64,000 nt of DNA from Chitinophagales bacterium (lineage in GTDB: Bacteria; Bacteroidota; Bacteroidia; Chitinophagales; CAIODY01), in NCBI GenBank assembly GCA_947449695.1, contig CANFST010000004.1, positions 22,555 through 86,554 on the forward strand, in the 5' to 3' direction. A program made the position numbers and the translations under genes. Shown one piece after another: positions 10,626-19,803 of this stretch (position 1 is the stretch's first letter; each line of letters starts with the position of its first letter). Below the pieces are notes generated by a model. The model worked only from the letters and a program-made list of their open reading frames with translations. It was not told where the DNA came from and ran no database searches.

Positions 10626-10886
10626 TTATATCAATGGTTCAATTTTTTTAGGTTCGTTATCATTTCGCATCAAAGTCCAATCTTCCTTCAATTCGTTTTT
10701 ATGTTCTAATGCCCACTCTACCACCAAGTTGTAAATTCGCTTAGGCAATTTACCCTCTTTTATTTCTAAAGTTTCAATCACAATTTCCGCTTGATGTTCG
10801 TTGTAGTAAGCATGAAAATGTGGCGGATTATGTTCGCTATAAAACATTCGAATTATGATTCCAAGAAAACGACTGATTTCAGGCAT
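10626..10886 (-). CDS. DUF4160-like small protein
   Basis: 86 aa. The N-terminus MPEISRFLGIIIRMFYSEHNPPHFHAYY matches the hallmark DUF4160 motif (EHxPPHFH). Confidence 0.7.
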   Translation of the reverse strand: MPEISRFLGIIIRMFYSEHNPPHFHAYYNEHQAEIVIETLEIKEGKLPKRIYNLVVEWALEHKNELKEDWTLMRNDNEPKKIEPLI

Positions 10887-10950
10887 GGATTATTTTTTAC
10901 AAAATTAATGTTTTTTTAGAAAAAATTATTGCCCTCTATGGCGTTTGATT

Positions 10951-11634
10951 TCACTTCTGCCTCACATCACTTTCAATCAAGCCATCTTTCAATCGAATTA
11001 AGCGATGAGCATAAGCCGCAATATCTTCTTCGTGAGTTACTAAAATTACAGTGTTACCTAATCTATGAATTTCAACCAACAACTCCATAATTTCTTTAGA
11101 TGTTTTTGAATCTAAATTTCCAGTTGGCTCATCGGCTAAAATGATGGAAGGATTATTCACCAACGCTCTTGCAAAAGCCACTCTTTGATTTTGTCCGCCC
11201 GAAAGCTCATTGGGCTTGTGTTTCATGCGTTCGGTCAAACCAACAGCTTCAATTTTTTCTAAAGTTCGTTTTTCTCTTTCTGCTTTTTTCATGCCTGCAT
11301 AAATCAGCGGCAGTGCTACATTTTCAAAGGCAGTTAACCGTGGCAATAAATTAAAAGATTGAAAAACAAAACCAATTTCTTTATTCCGAATATGCGCTAA
11401 TTCGTTGTCAGTGGCTGCACTTGCGTCAGTTCCGTTAATTAAATATTTGCCAGATGTTGGTGTATCTAAACAACCCAAAATATTCATCAGCGTTGATTTT
11501 CCGCTACCGCTTGGTCCCATTAAAGCCACAAATTCATTCTTCTCAATAGTAAGCGAAATGCCGTGCAAAACAGGTAATGCTGTTTTACCCATGAAGTATG
11601 ACTTGGTAATATTTTCGAGTTGAATGACTGGCAC
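10951..11634 (-). CDS. ABC transporter ATP-binding protein (LolD/MacB-type)
   Basis: Walker [10 protein letters not shown], signature [15 protein letters not shown], Walker [12 protein letters not shown], and the H-loop VTHE. Confidence 0.85.
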   Translation of the reverse strand: MPVIQLENITKSYFMGKTALPVLHGISLTIEKNEFVALMGPSGSGKSTLMNILGCLDTPTSGKYLINGTDASAATDNELAHIRNKEIGFVFQSFNLLPRLTAFENVALPLIYAGMKKAEREKRTLEKIEAVGLTERMKHKPNELSGGQNQRVAFARALVNNPSIILADEPTGNLDSKTSKEIMELLVEIHRLGNTVILVTHEEDIAAYAHRLIRLKDGLIESDVRQK

Positions 11635-11637
11635 TGC

Positions 11638-11931
11638 TTATTTTTTTTGTAAAACTTTTGGTGTTTTGAAATAATCTGAATCGTGCTGTGGTGCGCTTTT
11701 CAAAGCATCTTGCTTCGATATAATTTGCTCACGAATATCTTTGCGCAAAACATTCACATCTTCATTCACATACACCAAAGGCTCAACGCCATCTGTATTT
11801 AGCTCACTCAATTTTTCAACAAATGATAAAACATTTGTCAAATCATTTTTGATTTCAACTTTTTCTTCGTTTTTAAATTCCAATCGAGCTAAATGGCTTA
11901 ATCGGTCAATCATTTCATCGGTTACTTGCAT
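11638..11931 (-). CDS. gatC: Asp-tRNA(Asn)/Glu-tRNA(Gln) amidotransferase subunit C
   Basis: 97 aa. The sequence DRLSHLARLEFKNEEKVEIKNDLTNVLSFVEKLSELNTDGVEP is typical of GatC. Confidence 0.85.
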   Translation of the reverse strand: MQVTDEMIDRLSHLARLEFKNEEKVEIKNDLTNVLSFVEKLSELNTDGVEPLVYVNEDVNVLRKDIREQIISKQDALKSAPQHDSDYFKTPKVLQKK

Positions 11932-11937
11932 CTGAAT

Positions 11938-12678
11938 TTATTTAGAAAATTTTTCAGGAAATGCTTGTTGCAAATCTTGCTGCAACAAATATCTTACTTT
12001 ATCGCTTAATTCCTTGTATTGTTCGGGTTGTAAATTTTTTGTTTCGATAGGTTCATGTACTTTCACTCGGCTCAAGTGCCAACCTTGCTTCACACCTGTG
12101 CTTGGCATGATTCGCCAATTATCATAAATGGTTAAAACCAAAATTGGTATTTGATGTTGAATCGCTAATCGAAAAGCACCACTTTTAAAATCACGTAAAT
12201 GTGGTGGATTTTTTGAAGTGCCGCCTTCAGGCGCAATGGCAATACTGTCGCCATTTTTCAATGCTTCATCGGCTCGTTGAAATGCACGAGCCGCATCCAT
12301 AGCATCTTCACGGTTCACACTCAAATCAATCGTTCTGAAAAATTTTCCGAAGATGGGCACTTTCGCTAATTCGGCTTTTGCCATGAATCGAATGTACATG
12401 GGTTTCAACACGGCAAACAACAATAAAATATCTAAATGAGAAGTGTGATTGAACACAATCACGTAATTTCTTTTTTTATCAATTTCAGTTTCCCATTCCA
12501 CTTTATAAAAATACAAACACAGCCACAGGCTTAACTTTCCCCACCATATTCGCAAATGATGTGCAGTGCGATACATACTTTCAAAGCTTAGCATTACCCA
12601 AATGACAGGAATAAAAATGATAAAAAATAAAAACATGGATACATGAAAGCAGTAGCCATAAAGGTTTTTGAAAAACAC
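11938..12678 (-). CDS. plsC: 1-acyl-sn-glycerol-3-phosphate acyltransferase
   Basis: Acyltransferase HX4D motif NHTSHLD and the APEGGTS block, preceded by N-terminal TM helices. Confidence 0.78.
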   Translation of the reverse strand: MFFKNLYGYCFHVSMFLFFIIFIPVIWVMLSFESMYRTAHHLRIWWGKLSLWLCLYFYKVEWETEIDKKRNYVIVFNHTSHLDILLLFAVLKPMYIRFMAKAELAKVPIFGKFFRTIDLSVNREDAMDAARAFQRADEALKNGDSIAIAPEGGTSKNPPHLRDFKSGAFRLAIQHQIPILVLTIYDNWRIMPSTGVKQGWHLSRVKVHEPIETKNLQPEQYKELSDKVRYLLQQDLQQAFPEKFSK

Positions 12679-12790
12679 TATGCTGAGATTTTGGTTTCAA
12701 ATTTAGTAGTTTTTGATGGAATAAAATGGAGGAAATGAAATTTGAAGTTTTGCAAAAGATTTTTAATTTTAGGATGTTAAATTTATTGCT

Positions 12791-14311
12791 ATGAATAATA
12801 AAGCCAATCTATTTTTTTTCGTATTTGTATTTTCTTTTAAAATGAGCTTTGGACAATGGTTTGAATCGGGTGGTGGCGTCAACGATGGATTATTAGCTAA
12901 TAATCAAATCCTAAGTTTGTGCACCAATCCTAGTAAAACCGAGATTTATGTAGCTGGGGCTTTTACCGACAATCTTACACATGGATTTGTAGCAAAATAC
13001 TCTGGTACTAATTGGGTTAAAGTTGGGGGAACCTTATTAGCAGCCAATGATAACATAAACGCAATTTGTTCAGATACAGCTGGAAACATTTATGTCGCTG
13101 GTTTTTTTACAAATGCTTCTTCATATCAATATGTAGCAAAATGGGATGGGAATAACTGGAGCGAACTTGGTGGGACGAACTCATCTGGGATAAATGCTTT
13201 TGTATATGCTTTACACAGCGATTACTTAAATAACATTTATGCTGGTGGAGCATTTGTGAATTCAAGTGGGCATCCTTATGTGGCAAAATACAATGGCAGC
13301 TCCTGGTCAGAACTTGGCGGAGCAAACAGTTTGGGAGCAAACAGTGCAATCTATGCAATAAATAGTGATCATATCAGCAACATTTATGTAGCAGGATATT
13401 TTACAAATAGCAGCGGCAAAGAATATGTTGCAAAATTTGATGGGAATAACTAGAGCGAACTTGGTGGAGCGAACAGTTTGGGAGCCAATGGTATTATTTT
13501 TTCGATGTGTATCAACAAGAAAAACGGGGATGTTTATGTGGCTGGAAATTTTACAAATGGTAGTGGTAATAGATATGTTGCAAAATTTAATGGGTCTAAT
13601 TGGACAGAACTTGGTGGAGCGAACAGTTTAGCAGCAAATGGCATAATTAACTCAATAACTATTGATAAAGAGGGCTATGTATATGCAGTTGGTAATTTTA
13701 CAAATAGTAGTGGTAAGTCTTACGTTGCAAAATTTAATGGGACTAGTTGGATTGAATTGGGTGGAGTAAATAGTTTAGCTCCTAATGGTCAAATCAATAC
13801 AATTTGTGCAGATGCTACAAGCAATATATTTATTGGCGGATTATTCAAAAACATTATTAATAATGAATATGTTGCTGAATATAGCTGCAAGACTGATACA
13901 ATTAACTTTTTTCAAACTATACCTAGTGATAGCCAAATAATTTTTGGAGGACAAACTTTGCACTCAGCAGGTAATTATATAGATACCTTACAAAACTATA
14001 ATGGATGCGATTCTTTAATCATTTTGCATCTTACAACTCGACCAACAGGTGTTTCATCAATTTCTAATTACAGAGAAAAAATAAAGATTTACCCAAACCC
14101 TACTAATCAATCATTGGTTGTTAGTCAACAAGAAATAATTAGCAAAATAGAAATAATAAATATTTTTGGAGAAATCATATTCACACAAACTCCATCATAC
14201 AAAACCCAGCATCATTCAGTTGATGTTTCAAATTTAAACTGCGGCATTTATTTTATTAAAGTAACCGATAACAAAGGCAACTCAATTAATAGCAAATTTA
14301 TTAAGCGATAA
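12791..14311 (+). pseudogene. T9SS cargo protein with a 7-blade beta-propeller-like repeat, interrupted by one in-frame TAG (13451-13453)
   Basis: ORFs 12791-13453 and 13478-14311 are in the same frame. Seven ~47-aa repeats follow the pattern NIYVAG.FTN.SG..YVAK..G..W.ELGG.NS. The stop replaces the conserved Trp codon: TGG at the equivalent site of the repeat at ~13156, TAG here. The signal peptide is on the upstream half only. The T9SS CTD (IKIYPNPTNQSLVV...GIYFIKVTD) is on the downstream half only. Confidence 0.6.
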
Positions 14312-14373
14312 TATTGCATTTTATGTTGTTCGGCATTTAATTTTTAAGCCGTACTTTTGCCAAAAATATAAAG

Positions 14374-15042
14374 ATGAATTATATCCATAAAGAAGGCCGA
14401 AAAGAAGTAATAGGTTTGTTTCTCATTTGTTTATTAATTGAATTATTACTAATAAAATTTGTGAACAATAGTTTAGTAATCCTTATTTCATCGTTTGTTT
14501 TAACAATTATTTTTTTAGCAATTTCATCTTTCTTTCGTAACCCAAAGCGAATAGTACTAGCAGATTCCAATTGTGTTTTATCACCATGTGATGGAAAAGT
14601 TGTAGTAATAGAAGAAGTAGAAGAACCTGAGTATTTTAAAGATAAGCGTTTACAGATTTCAGTATTTATGTCACCTGCTAATGTGCACGTTAATCGTTGC
14701 TCAATAGGCGGCGAAGTAAAATATGTAAAATACCATCCTGGCAAATATTTGGTGGCTTGGCATCCAAAATCATCTACCGAAAACGAACGTAACACAGTTG
14801 TATTCAGTAATGGTAGAACAGAAATTTTATTACGCCAAATTGCAGGTGCATTAGCCAAGCGAATTATTTGCTATGTAAAAGTAGGTGATAAGGTTAAACA
14901 AGGTGAAGATTTTGGATTTATTAAATTCGGTAGCCGAGTAGATATCTTTCTACCTATTGGAACAAAAGTGGATGTTCAATTAAATCAAGTTGTTAAAGGA
15001 AATATAACTGTATTAGCAAAATTGCTTAATTCAGATTTTTAA
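14374..15042 (+). CDS. psd: phosphatidylserine decarboxylase family protein
   Basis: N-terminal TM helices followed by a typical short-form Psd core. The self-cleavage region is FGFIKFGSRVDIFLP (GS motif). Confidence 0.82.
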   Translation: MNYIHKEGRKEVIGLFLICLLIELLLIKFVNNSLVILISSFVLTIIFLAISSFFRNPKRIVLADSNCVLSPCDGKVVVIEEVEEPEYFKDKRLQISVFMSPANVHVNRCSIGGEVKYVKYHPGKYLVAWHPKSSTENERNTVVFSNGRTEILLRQIAGALAKRIICYVKVGDKVKQGEDFGFIKFGSRVDIFLPIGTKVDVQLNQVVKGNITVLAKLLNSDF

Positions 15043-15074
15043 GATAACTTTACAATTCTAAAATTTTAGTTAAA

Positions 15075-15275
15075 ATGAAAAAAGTATTTTTATTATCAAG
15101 TTTCGCTTTGTTTTTAGCTGCTTCTTCGGTTATGGCTGGAGACAAAAAAGAATGTGCAAAATCTTGCACTAAAGACCATGGCAGTGCATCATGCTGTAAA
15201 AAGAAAGATGCTGCTTGTTGCAAAAAGCATGAGGCTGAAAAGCCAGCTGCTGCACCAGCGCCTGCAAAAAAATAA
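15075..15275 (+). CDS. small secreted Cys/Lys-rich protein (66 aa)
   Basis: Signal peptide MKKVFLLSSFALFLAASSVMA. The mature 45 aa contain 7 Cys, including two CC pairs (SCCKKKDAACCKKH), and a PAAAPAPAKK tail. A strong terminator follows. Confidence 0.5.
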   Translation: MKKVFLLSSFALFLAASSVMAGDKKECAKSCTKDHGSASCCKKKDAACCKKHEAEKPAAAPAPAKK

Positions 15276-15300
15276 TTTCTTAAATAAAGAAATTCTTTTA

Positions 15301-15342
15301 AAAGCCGTTTCAAACTTATGCTTGAAGCGGCTTTTGTATTTT
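15301..15342 (+). terminator. rho-independent terminator after the small Cys-rich gene
   Basis: A 13-bp stem pairs AAAGCCGTTTCAA (15301-15313) with TTGAAGCGGCTTT (15322-15334), including one G-U pair. A T-rich tail follows. Confidence 0.6.
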
Positions 15343-15400
15343 GTGTATCAAATATCACACATTTCCACAAAATGGATTGCATTGATTAATATGCAAAAAA

Positions 15401-15431
15401 TTGTGTACTCAAATAGCTACCTATACATTTG
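15401..15431 (+). promoter_or_regulatory. Bacteroidetes-type promoter candidate (TTG-N20-TAcaTTTG)
   Basis: TTG at 15401-15403 and TACATTTG at 15424-15431 match the -33/-7 consensus (TTG / TAnnTTTG). The 20-nt spacing is the same as in the queA candidate promoter. Confidence 0.35.
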
Positions 15432-15457
15432 TGTCAGGGTGAATAGTAGTTGATTTT

Positions 15458-15495
15458 AACCCCGATGTAAGTTTATTCTTTATCGGGGTTTTTTA
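15458..15495 (+). terminator. intrinsic terminator hairpin 19 nt upstream of the DUF2721 start codon
   Basis: AACCCCGAT (15458-15466) pairs with ATCGGGGTT (15482-15490) around a 15-nt loop, followed by TTTTATTTTTT. Confidence 0.6.
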
Positions 15496-15513
15496 TTTTT
15501 TAAAAAACTCATC

Positions 15514-15909
15514 ATGGAAATTTCTTTAACCACACCAGCCCTTTTGTTTCCAGCAGTTTCGTTGCTGTTGCTGGCTTATACCAACAGATTTTTAGCCATT
15601 GCTAATTTGATCAGAAATTTGAAGCACGATAAGTTGAAAGAAATTAATCACCCAAATTTGCATGGACAAATTAACAATTTACAAATCAGGATAATTGTAA
15701 TTAGAAATATGCAAGGTTTTGGTATCAGCAGTTTGCTGTTGTGTGTGGTTACTATGTTTTTAATCTATACAGGTTTGCAAATGGCAGCACAAATAACATT
15801 TGGCGTTAGCTTGATTTTTATGATTATTTCACTCACACTTTCGCTTCGTGAAATCATGATGAGCGCAGAAGCTATTAAATTAGAATTAAGCGATATTGGC
15901 AAAGATTAA
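15514..15909 (+). CDS. DUF2721-like membrane protein
   Basis: 131 aa. The N-terminus TTPALLFPAVSLLLLAYTNRFLAIANLIRNL is typical of DUF2721, and two further TM helices follow. Confidence 0.65.
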   Translation: MEISLTTPALLFPAVSLLLLAYTNRFLAIANLIRNLKHDKLKEINHPNLHGQINNLQIRIIVIRNMQGFGISSLLLCVVTMFLIYTGLQMAAQITFGVSLIFMIISLTLSLREIMMSAEAIKLELSDIGKD

Positions 15910-17453
15910 TTGCCGCATTTTGAAGATTTTATTTTATAAATGTAAGTAACGCAATTCACATTGTTTGGGTTGAGTTTGTACATCACATTATCTATAAAAC
16001 TCGGTTGGATAGTGGTTTCATAGCTCAAGTTGAAATGTTTTTCGTACTCAGCTTTTCTTTGGTCTAAATTTTCTGATTGATAAAAAATAATGTAGTTAGG
16101 CTGTTTATCTTTTTTGACTTTAAAAATATTATTGCACTGTTCATCTTTATTAGTCGAATTGCTGATGCCAATTTCGGGCACCCATTTTCTAAGATAAAAT
16201 CTGGGGGATAATTGAAAATCATCCCGATTGCTATCATCTATAATTAAAGCCTGCACATCATTTTTTTGAGCTAAATAACACATGGCCTCCACTCTATTTT
16301 TTTTACTGTATGAAACAGAAATCACACACAGCAAAATTGTGTTGAGCACCCAAAAGAAAATCCAAACTGTTTGTAATATTTTTTTACGTTTTATCCAGAA
16401 TTTTGATTGCTCAGAAAACTCACTCCAGCCAATAGTGCCAAGAATTATAACAAGAGGAATGATTGGTAAAATAAATCGCTCTTGCTTATTTGGAAAATAT
16501 GAATGAAGGACTAAAAATATAAATGATGGCAAAAACAATAATAGGTGTTTTTTGAAACTTCTGAAAAATCCAAATAATAATATTAAGCTGATTGGTGGAA
16601 TCAGAATGCCCATCAATAAAAGTATATAGTTATACCAAGGCTGGTCGAAATAAGTTCGTGAGTTAGCCAAATTGTATCGTACATATTCACCAAACTCAAC
16701 AAACGGATGATGCCAAATAATTAAATCACACAACCCCTGAAAAGCTACAGCGCAAATAGTAAAGCCAATTCCAACCAATATTGCTTGAATTATTTTTCGT
16801 TGAAAAAGTAAAGCTAACCCAAACCCACCAGTAAATAATATAGTTTGAAATCGGATATTAAAACCAATTCCTAATAGTAATCCAATCAATAAATAAATAA
16901 CAATTTTTGGCTTGTCATATTTTAATGCTAGCAATGTAGCAAGCATCAGCGGCGGAATACAAGCCGATTCAACTAAATTTCTAACACTTACAAATGGGAA
17001 AAACCAAAATAAGGCTAACAATAAACCAACCTGTTTGGCAATTTTTTCACCTGCAATTTTCATTGAAATTTTATAACCGCAATAAATGGTAATCATTGAA
17101 TACAAAGCATGTAAAAACCGCACTACATACATTTTGCCTTGCGGATTTTTTAAGCCAAAAAATTCTAAAAATTTGAATAACAGGTAATGCAGACCAGGAT
17201 AAAAAAAACTATGCCCTGATGGCGTTGGAATGGATTGTCCGTCTTTCGGCAACCAACTGTTGTAATCAGTTTTATCTACCCACGATTGCGCTACTTCGAT
17301 GACCAAAAAATGGTCGTCCATCATACCAAATCCTTTTGAAAAAATGGCAGCTAATAATCGAAAAAATAACCCAGCAAAAAGTATGACAGCCAGCGGATTT
17401 TCGCTCCACCATTGCGATACAAAAACTTTTATTTTTGATAACATAAGTTGCAA
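15906..17453 (-). CDS. polytopic GT-C fold glycosyltransferase (mannosyltransferase/Alg9-PigB-like)
   Basis: 515 aa with more than 10 TM helices. The N-terminal FSKGFGMMDDHFLVIEV loop carries a DD-type motif typical of GT-C enzymes. Its stop overlaps the convergent DUF2721 stop in the palindrome TTAA (15906-15909). Confidence 0.5.
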   Translation of the reverse strand: MQLMLSKIKVFVSQWWSENPLAVILFAGLFFRLLAAIFSKGFGMMDDHFLVIEVAQSWVDKTDYNSWLPKDGQSIPTPSGHSFFYPGLHYLLFKFLEFFGLKNPQGKMYVVRFLHALYSMITIYCGYKISMKIAGEKIAKQVGLLLALFWFFPFVSVRNLVESACIPPLMLATLLALKYDKPKIVIYLLIGLLLGIGFNIRFQTILFTGGFGLALLFQRKIIQAILVGIGFTICAVAFQGLCDLIIWHHPFVEFGEYVRYNLANSRTYFDQPWYNYILLLMGILIPPISLILLFGFFRSFKKHLLLFLPSFIFLVLHSYFPNKQERFILPIIPLVIILGTIGWSEFSEQSKFWIKRKKILQTVWIFFWVLNTILLCVISVSYSKKNRVEAMCYLAQKNDVQALIIDDSNRDDFQLSPRFYLRKWVPEIGISNSTNKDEQCNNIFKVKKDKQPNYIIFYQSENLDQRKAEYEKHFNLSYETTIQPSFIDNVMYKLNPNNVNCVTYIYKIKSSKCGN

Positions 17454-17532
17454 AAATAACGGTTGCTATAACAAATTAGGCAGATTTCACCAATAGATAT
17501 TCGTTAATTATTTTAGAATTACTGTAAAATAC

Positions 17533-17563
17533 TTGACATCGGGGGTTAAAAAAGTTACCTTTG
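17533..17563 (+). promoter_or_regulatory. Bacteroidetes-type promoter candidate for queA (TTG-N20-TAccTTTG)
   Basis: TTG at 17533-17535 and TACCTTTG at 17556-17563, about 50 nt upstream of the queA ATG. Confidence 0.4.
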
Positions 17564-17611
17564 CCAACTTTTTAATATTGCCCATCAAGTGGGTTTAATT
17601 TTTTTAACAAC

Positions 17612-18661
17612 ATGAAGTTATCTTCTTTCATTTTTGATGTCCCTCAAAATTTAATTGCTCAAAACCCAACTAAGAATCGTGAAGATTCAAAGCTAATGGT
17701 GGTTGACAAGAAAACCGGAAAAATTCAGCATAAGCATTTTAAAGATATTTTGGATTATTACAGCGATAAAGATGTAATGGTATTAAACAACACCAAGGTT
17801 TTTCCAGCTCGTATGTATGGCAGAAAAGAAAAAACTGGCGCTAAAATCGAAGTGTTTTTACTTCGCGAATTGAACCAAAATCAGCGTTTATGGGATGTGT
17901 TGGTTGATCCTGCTCGAAAAATTCGCGTGGGCAACAAATTGTATTTTGGCGATGATGGTATGTTGGTGGCTGAGGTGGTTGATAATACAACAAGCAGAGG
18001 CAGAACAATTCGTTTTTTATTTGATGGCACAAATGAAGAATTTAAAAAAATTATAACTGAAATGGGCGAAACACCATTGCCTAAATATATCAAGCGCAAA
18101 CCTACCGAAGAGGATGCTGAACGTTACCAAACAGTTTTTGCTAAGCATGAAGGTGCTGTCGCAGCGCCAACGGCTGGCTTGCATTTCAGTAAAACTCTGA
18201 TGAAAAAATTAGAGATAAAAGGTGTTCGATTTGCTGAAGTTACTTTGCATGTTGGATTGGGAACTTTCCGTAGTATTGAAGTAGAAGACTTGAGCAAACA
18301 TAAAATGGACGCTGAATTTTTTGAAGTTGATCTGGAAGCAGTGGATATTATAAATAAAGCAAAAAGTGAAGGCAGAAAAATTTGCTCTATTGGTACCACA
18401 AGTATGAGAGCCATGGAATCATCTGTAACTGCACAAGGATTATTGAAACCCCAAAAAGGCTGGACAAACTTATTCATTCACCCTCCTTATGATTTCAGCA
18501 TTGCTGATTCGATGATTACTAATTTTCATTTACCAAAAACAAGTTTGTTGATTCTTACATCAGCATTTGCTGGCTACGAATTAGCAATGGAGGCTTATCA
18601 GGTAGCGATGAAAAATAAATATCGCTTCTATTCTTATGGGGATGCGATGTTGATTATTTAA
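17612..18661 (+). CDS. queA: tRNA preQ1(34) S-adenosylmethionine ribosyltransferase-isomerase
   Basis: Full-length QueA pattern: [19 protein letters not shown]...[26 protein letters not shown] and [12 protein letters not shown]. Confidence 0.92.
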   Translation: MKLSSFIFDVPQNLIAQNPTKNREDSKLMVVDKKTGKIQHKHFKDILDYYSDKDVMVLNNTKVFPARMYGRKEKTGAKIEVFLLRELNQNQRLWDVLVDPARKIRVGNKLYFGDDGMLVAEVVDNTTSRGRTIRFLFDGTNEEFKKIITEMGETPLPKYIKRKPTEEDAERYQTVFAKHEGAVAAPTAGLHFSKTLMKKLEIKGVRFAEVTLHVGLGTFRSIEVEDLSKHKMDAEFFEVDLEAVDIINKAKSEGRKICSIGTTSMRAMESSVTAQGLLKPQKGWTNLFIHPPYDFSIADSMITNFHLPKTSLLILTSAFAGYELAMEAYQVAMKNKYRFYSYGDAMLII

Positions 18662-18680
18662 TTATTAAACTATATTTTTT

Positions 18681-18720
18681 AAAATGGTTGCTTACAAAAT
18701 GAGCAACCATTTTTGTTTTG
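18681..18720 (+). terminator. rho-independent terminator after queA
   Basis: A 9-bp stem pairs ATGGTTGCT (18684-18692) with AGCAACCAT (18702-18710), followed by TTTTGTTTTG. Confidence 0.65.
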
Positions 18721-18799
18721 TTTCATTCACAAAAAATTTGCTGTTGTTCCATTTCAAAATTTCTATTTTTACCGTTCAATAAAAATTAAAATAATCTGA

Positions 18800-19801
18800 A
18801 TGAATATAATTGTTCCAATGGCTGGTGCAGGCAAGCGCATGAGACCACACACATTAACCACCCCTAAACCATTGATTCACGTTGGTGGTAAGCCGATTGT
18901 TGAAAGATTGGTGGAAGATATTGCAATGATGAGTAACGAAAAAATTGATGAAATCGCCTTTGTAATTGGTGATTTTGGAGAAGCTGCCGAAAAACAATTA
19001 TTAGCAGTCGCTGAACGATTAGGCGCAAAAGGGAAAATATTTTGTCAGGATATGCCTTTAGGAACAGCACATGCGATTATGTGTGCTGAAGAAAGCCTGA
19101 AAGGCAATGTGATTGTGGCTTTCGCCGATACTTTGTTTTATGCTGATTTTAAAATTAATGCCGAAGATGAAGGAGTAATTTATGTTCAAAAAATTGAGGA
19201 CCCAACTGCTTTTGGTGTGGTGAAAATCAATGCTGAAAATGTGATTACAGATTTTGTGGAAAAGCCAAAAGAATTTGTGAGTGATTTGGCTATCATCGGC
19301 ATCTATTATTTTAAAGATGGTGATTACCTCCGCCATGAACTGAAATATTTATTAGATAATGACATCAAAGAAAAAGGCGAATATCAATTGACAAATGCGT
19401 TGGAAAATATGAAACGCAAAGGCACGAAATTCAAGCCAGGTCAGGTAAAAGAATGGTTAGATTGCGGCAATAAAGATGCAACAGTGTATACTAATCAACG
19501 TGTGTTGGCTTTGAATGAATCAAAATTGAAAATTCCTGCATCGGCTAAAATAGTTAACAGCAGTGTGATACAGCCTTGCTTCATTGGTGAAAATGTGACA
19601 ATTGAAAATTCGGTTATTGGTCCGTTTGTTTCTGTTGGCGAAAAAACCATCATCAAAAAATCGGTGATTGAAAACAGTATTATACAAACAAATTCAAATG
19701 TTGAAAGCAGTTGTACGACAAACAGCATGATTGGAAATTTTGTAACCTTGAAAAACAAAATGCAGGATTTGAGCGTTGGAGATTATACTACTTCAATTTA
19801 A
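18800..19801 (+). CDS. sugar-phosphate nucleotidyltransferase with C-terminal left-handed beta-helix
   Basis: N-terminal NTP-transferase motif IVPMAGAGKRMRPHTLTTPKPLI. The C-terminus has hexapeptide-like repeats (VIGPFVSVGEKTIIKKSVIENSII). Confidence 0.75.
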   Translation: MNIIVPMAGAGKRMRPHTLTTPKPLIHVGGKPIVERLVEDIAMMSNEKIDEIAFVIGDFGEAAEKQLLAVAERLGAKGKIFCQDMPLGTAHAIMCAEESLKGNVIVAFADTLFYADFKINAEDEGVIYVQKIEDPTAFGVVKINAENVITDFVEKPKEFVSDLAIIGIYYFKDGDYLRHELKYLLDNDIKEKGEYQLTNALENMKRKGTKFKPGQVKEWLDCGNKDATVYTNQRVLALNESKLKIPASAKIVNSSVIQPCFIGENVTIENSVIGPFVSVGEKTIIKKSVIENSIIQTNSNVESSCTTNSMIGNFVTLKNKMQDLSVGDYTTSI

Positions 19802-19803
19802 AG

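Noticed and set aside
13425-13631. ORF 13425-13631 lies in an alternative frame across the amber-codon region.
   Set aside because: It is out of frame with the repeat structure. The repeat consensus continues perfectly in the main frame on both sides of the TAG.
15050-15453. ORFs 15050-15382 (minus) and 15154-15453 (plus) overlap the small Cys-rich gene.
   Set aside because: The 66-aa plus-strand ORF has a canonical signal peptide and is followed by a 13-bp-stem terminator. The competing ORFs run through that terminator and through the promoter-like region.
19711-19803. Long N-terminal extensions appear in the ORF track for the TPR protein (19711), and likewise for the barrel protein (21589), frr (44485), panD (61281), epimerase (62645), pheS (39404), ybeY (29349) and cysS (59698).
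   Set aside because: The extensions overlap upstream genes or lack signal or family sequence. Internal starts give canonical N-termini (signal peptides, or family-typical first residues), so I re-called the starts.
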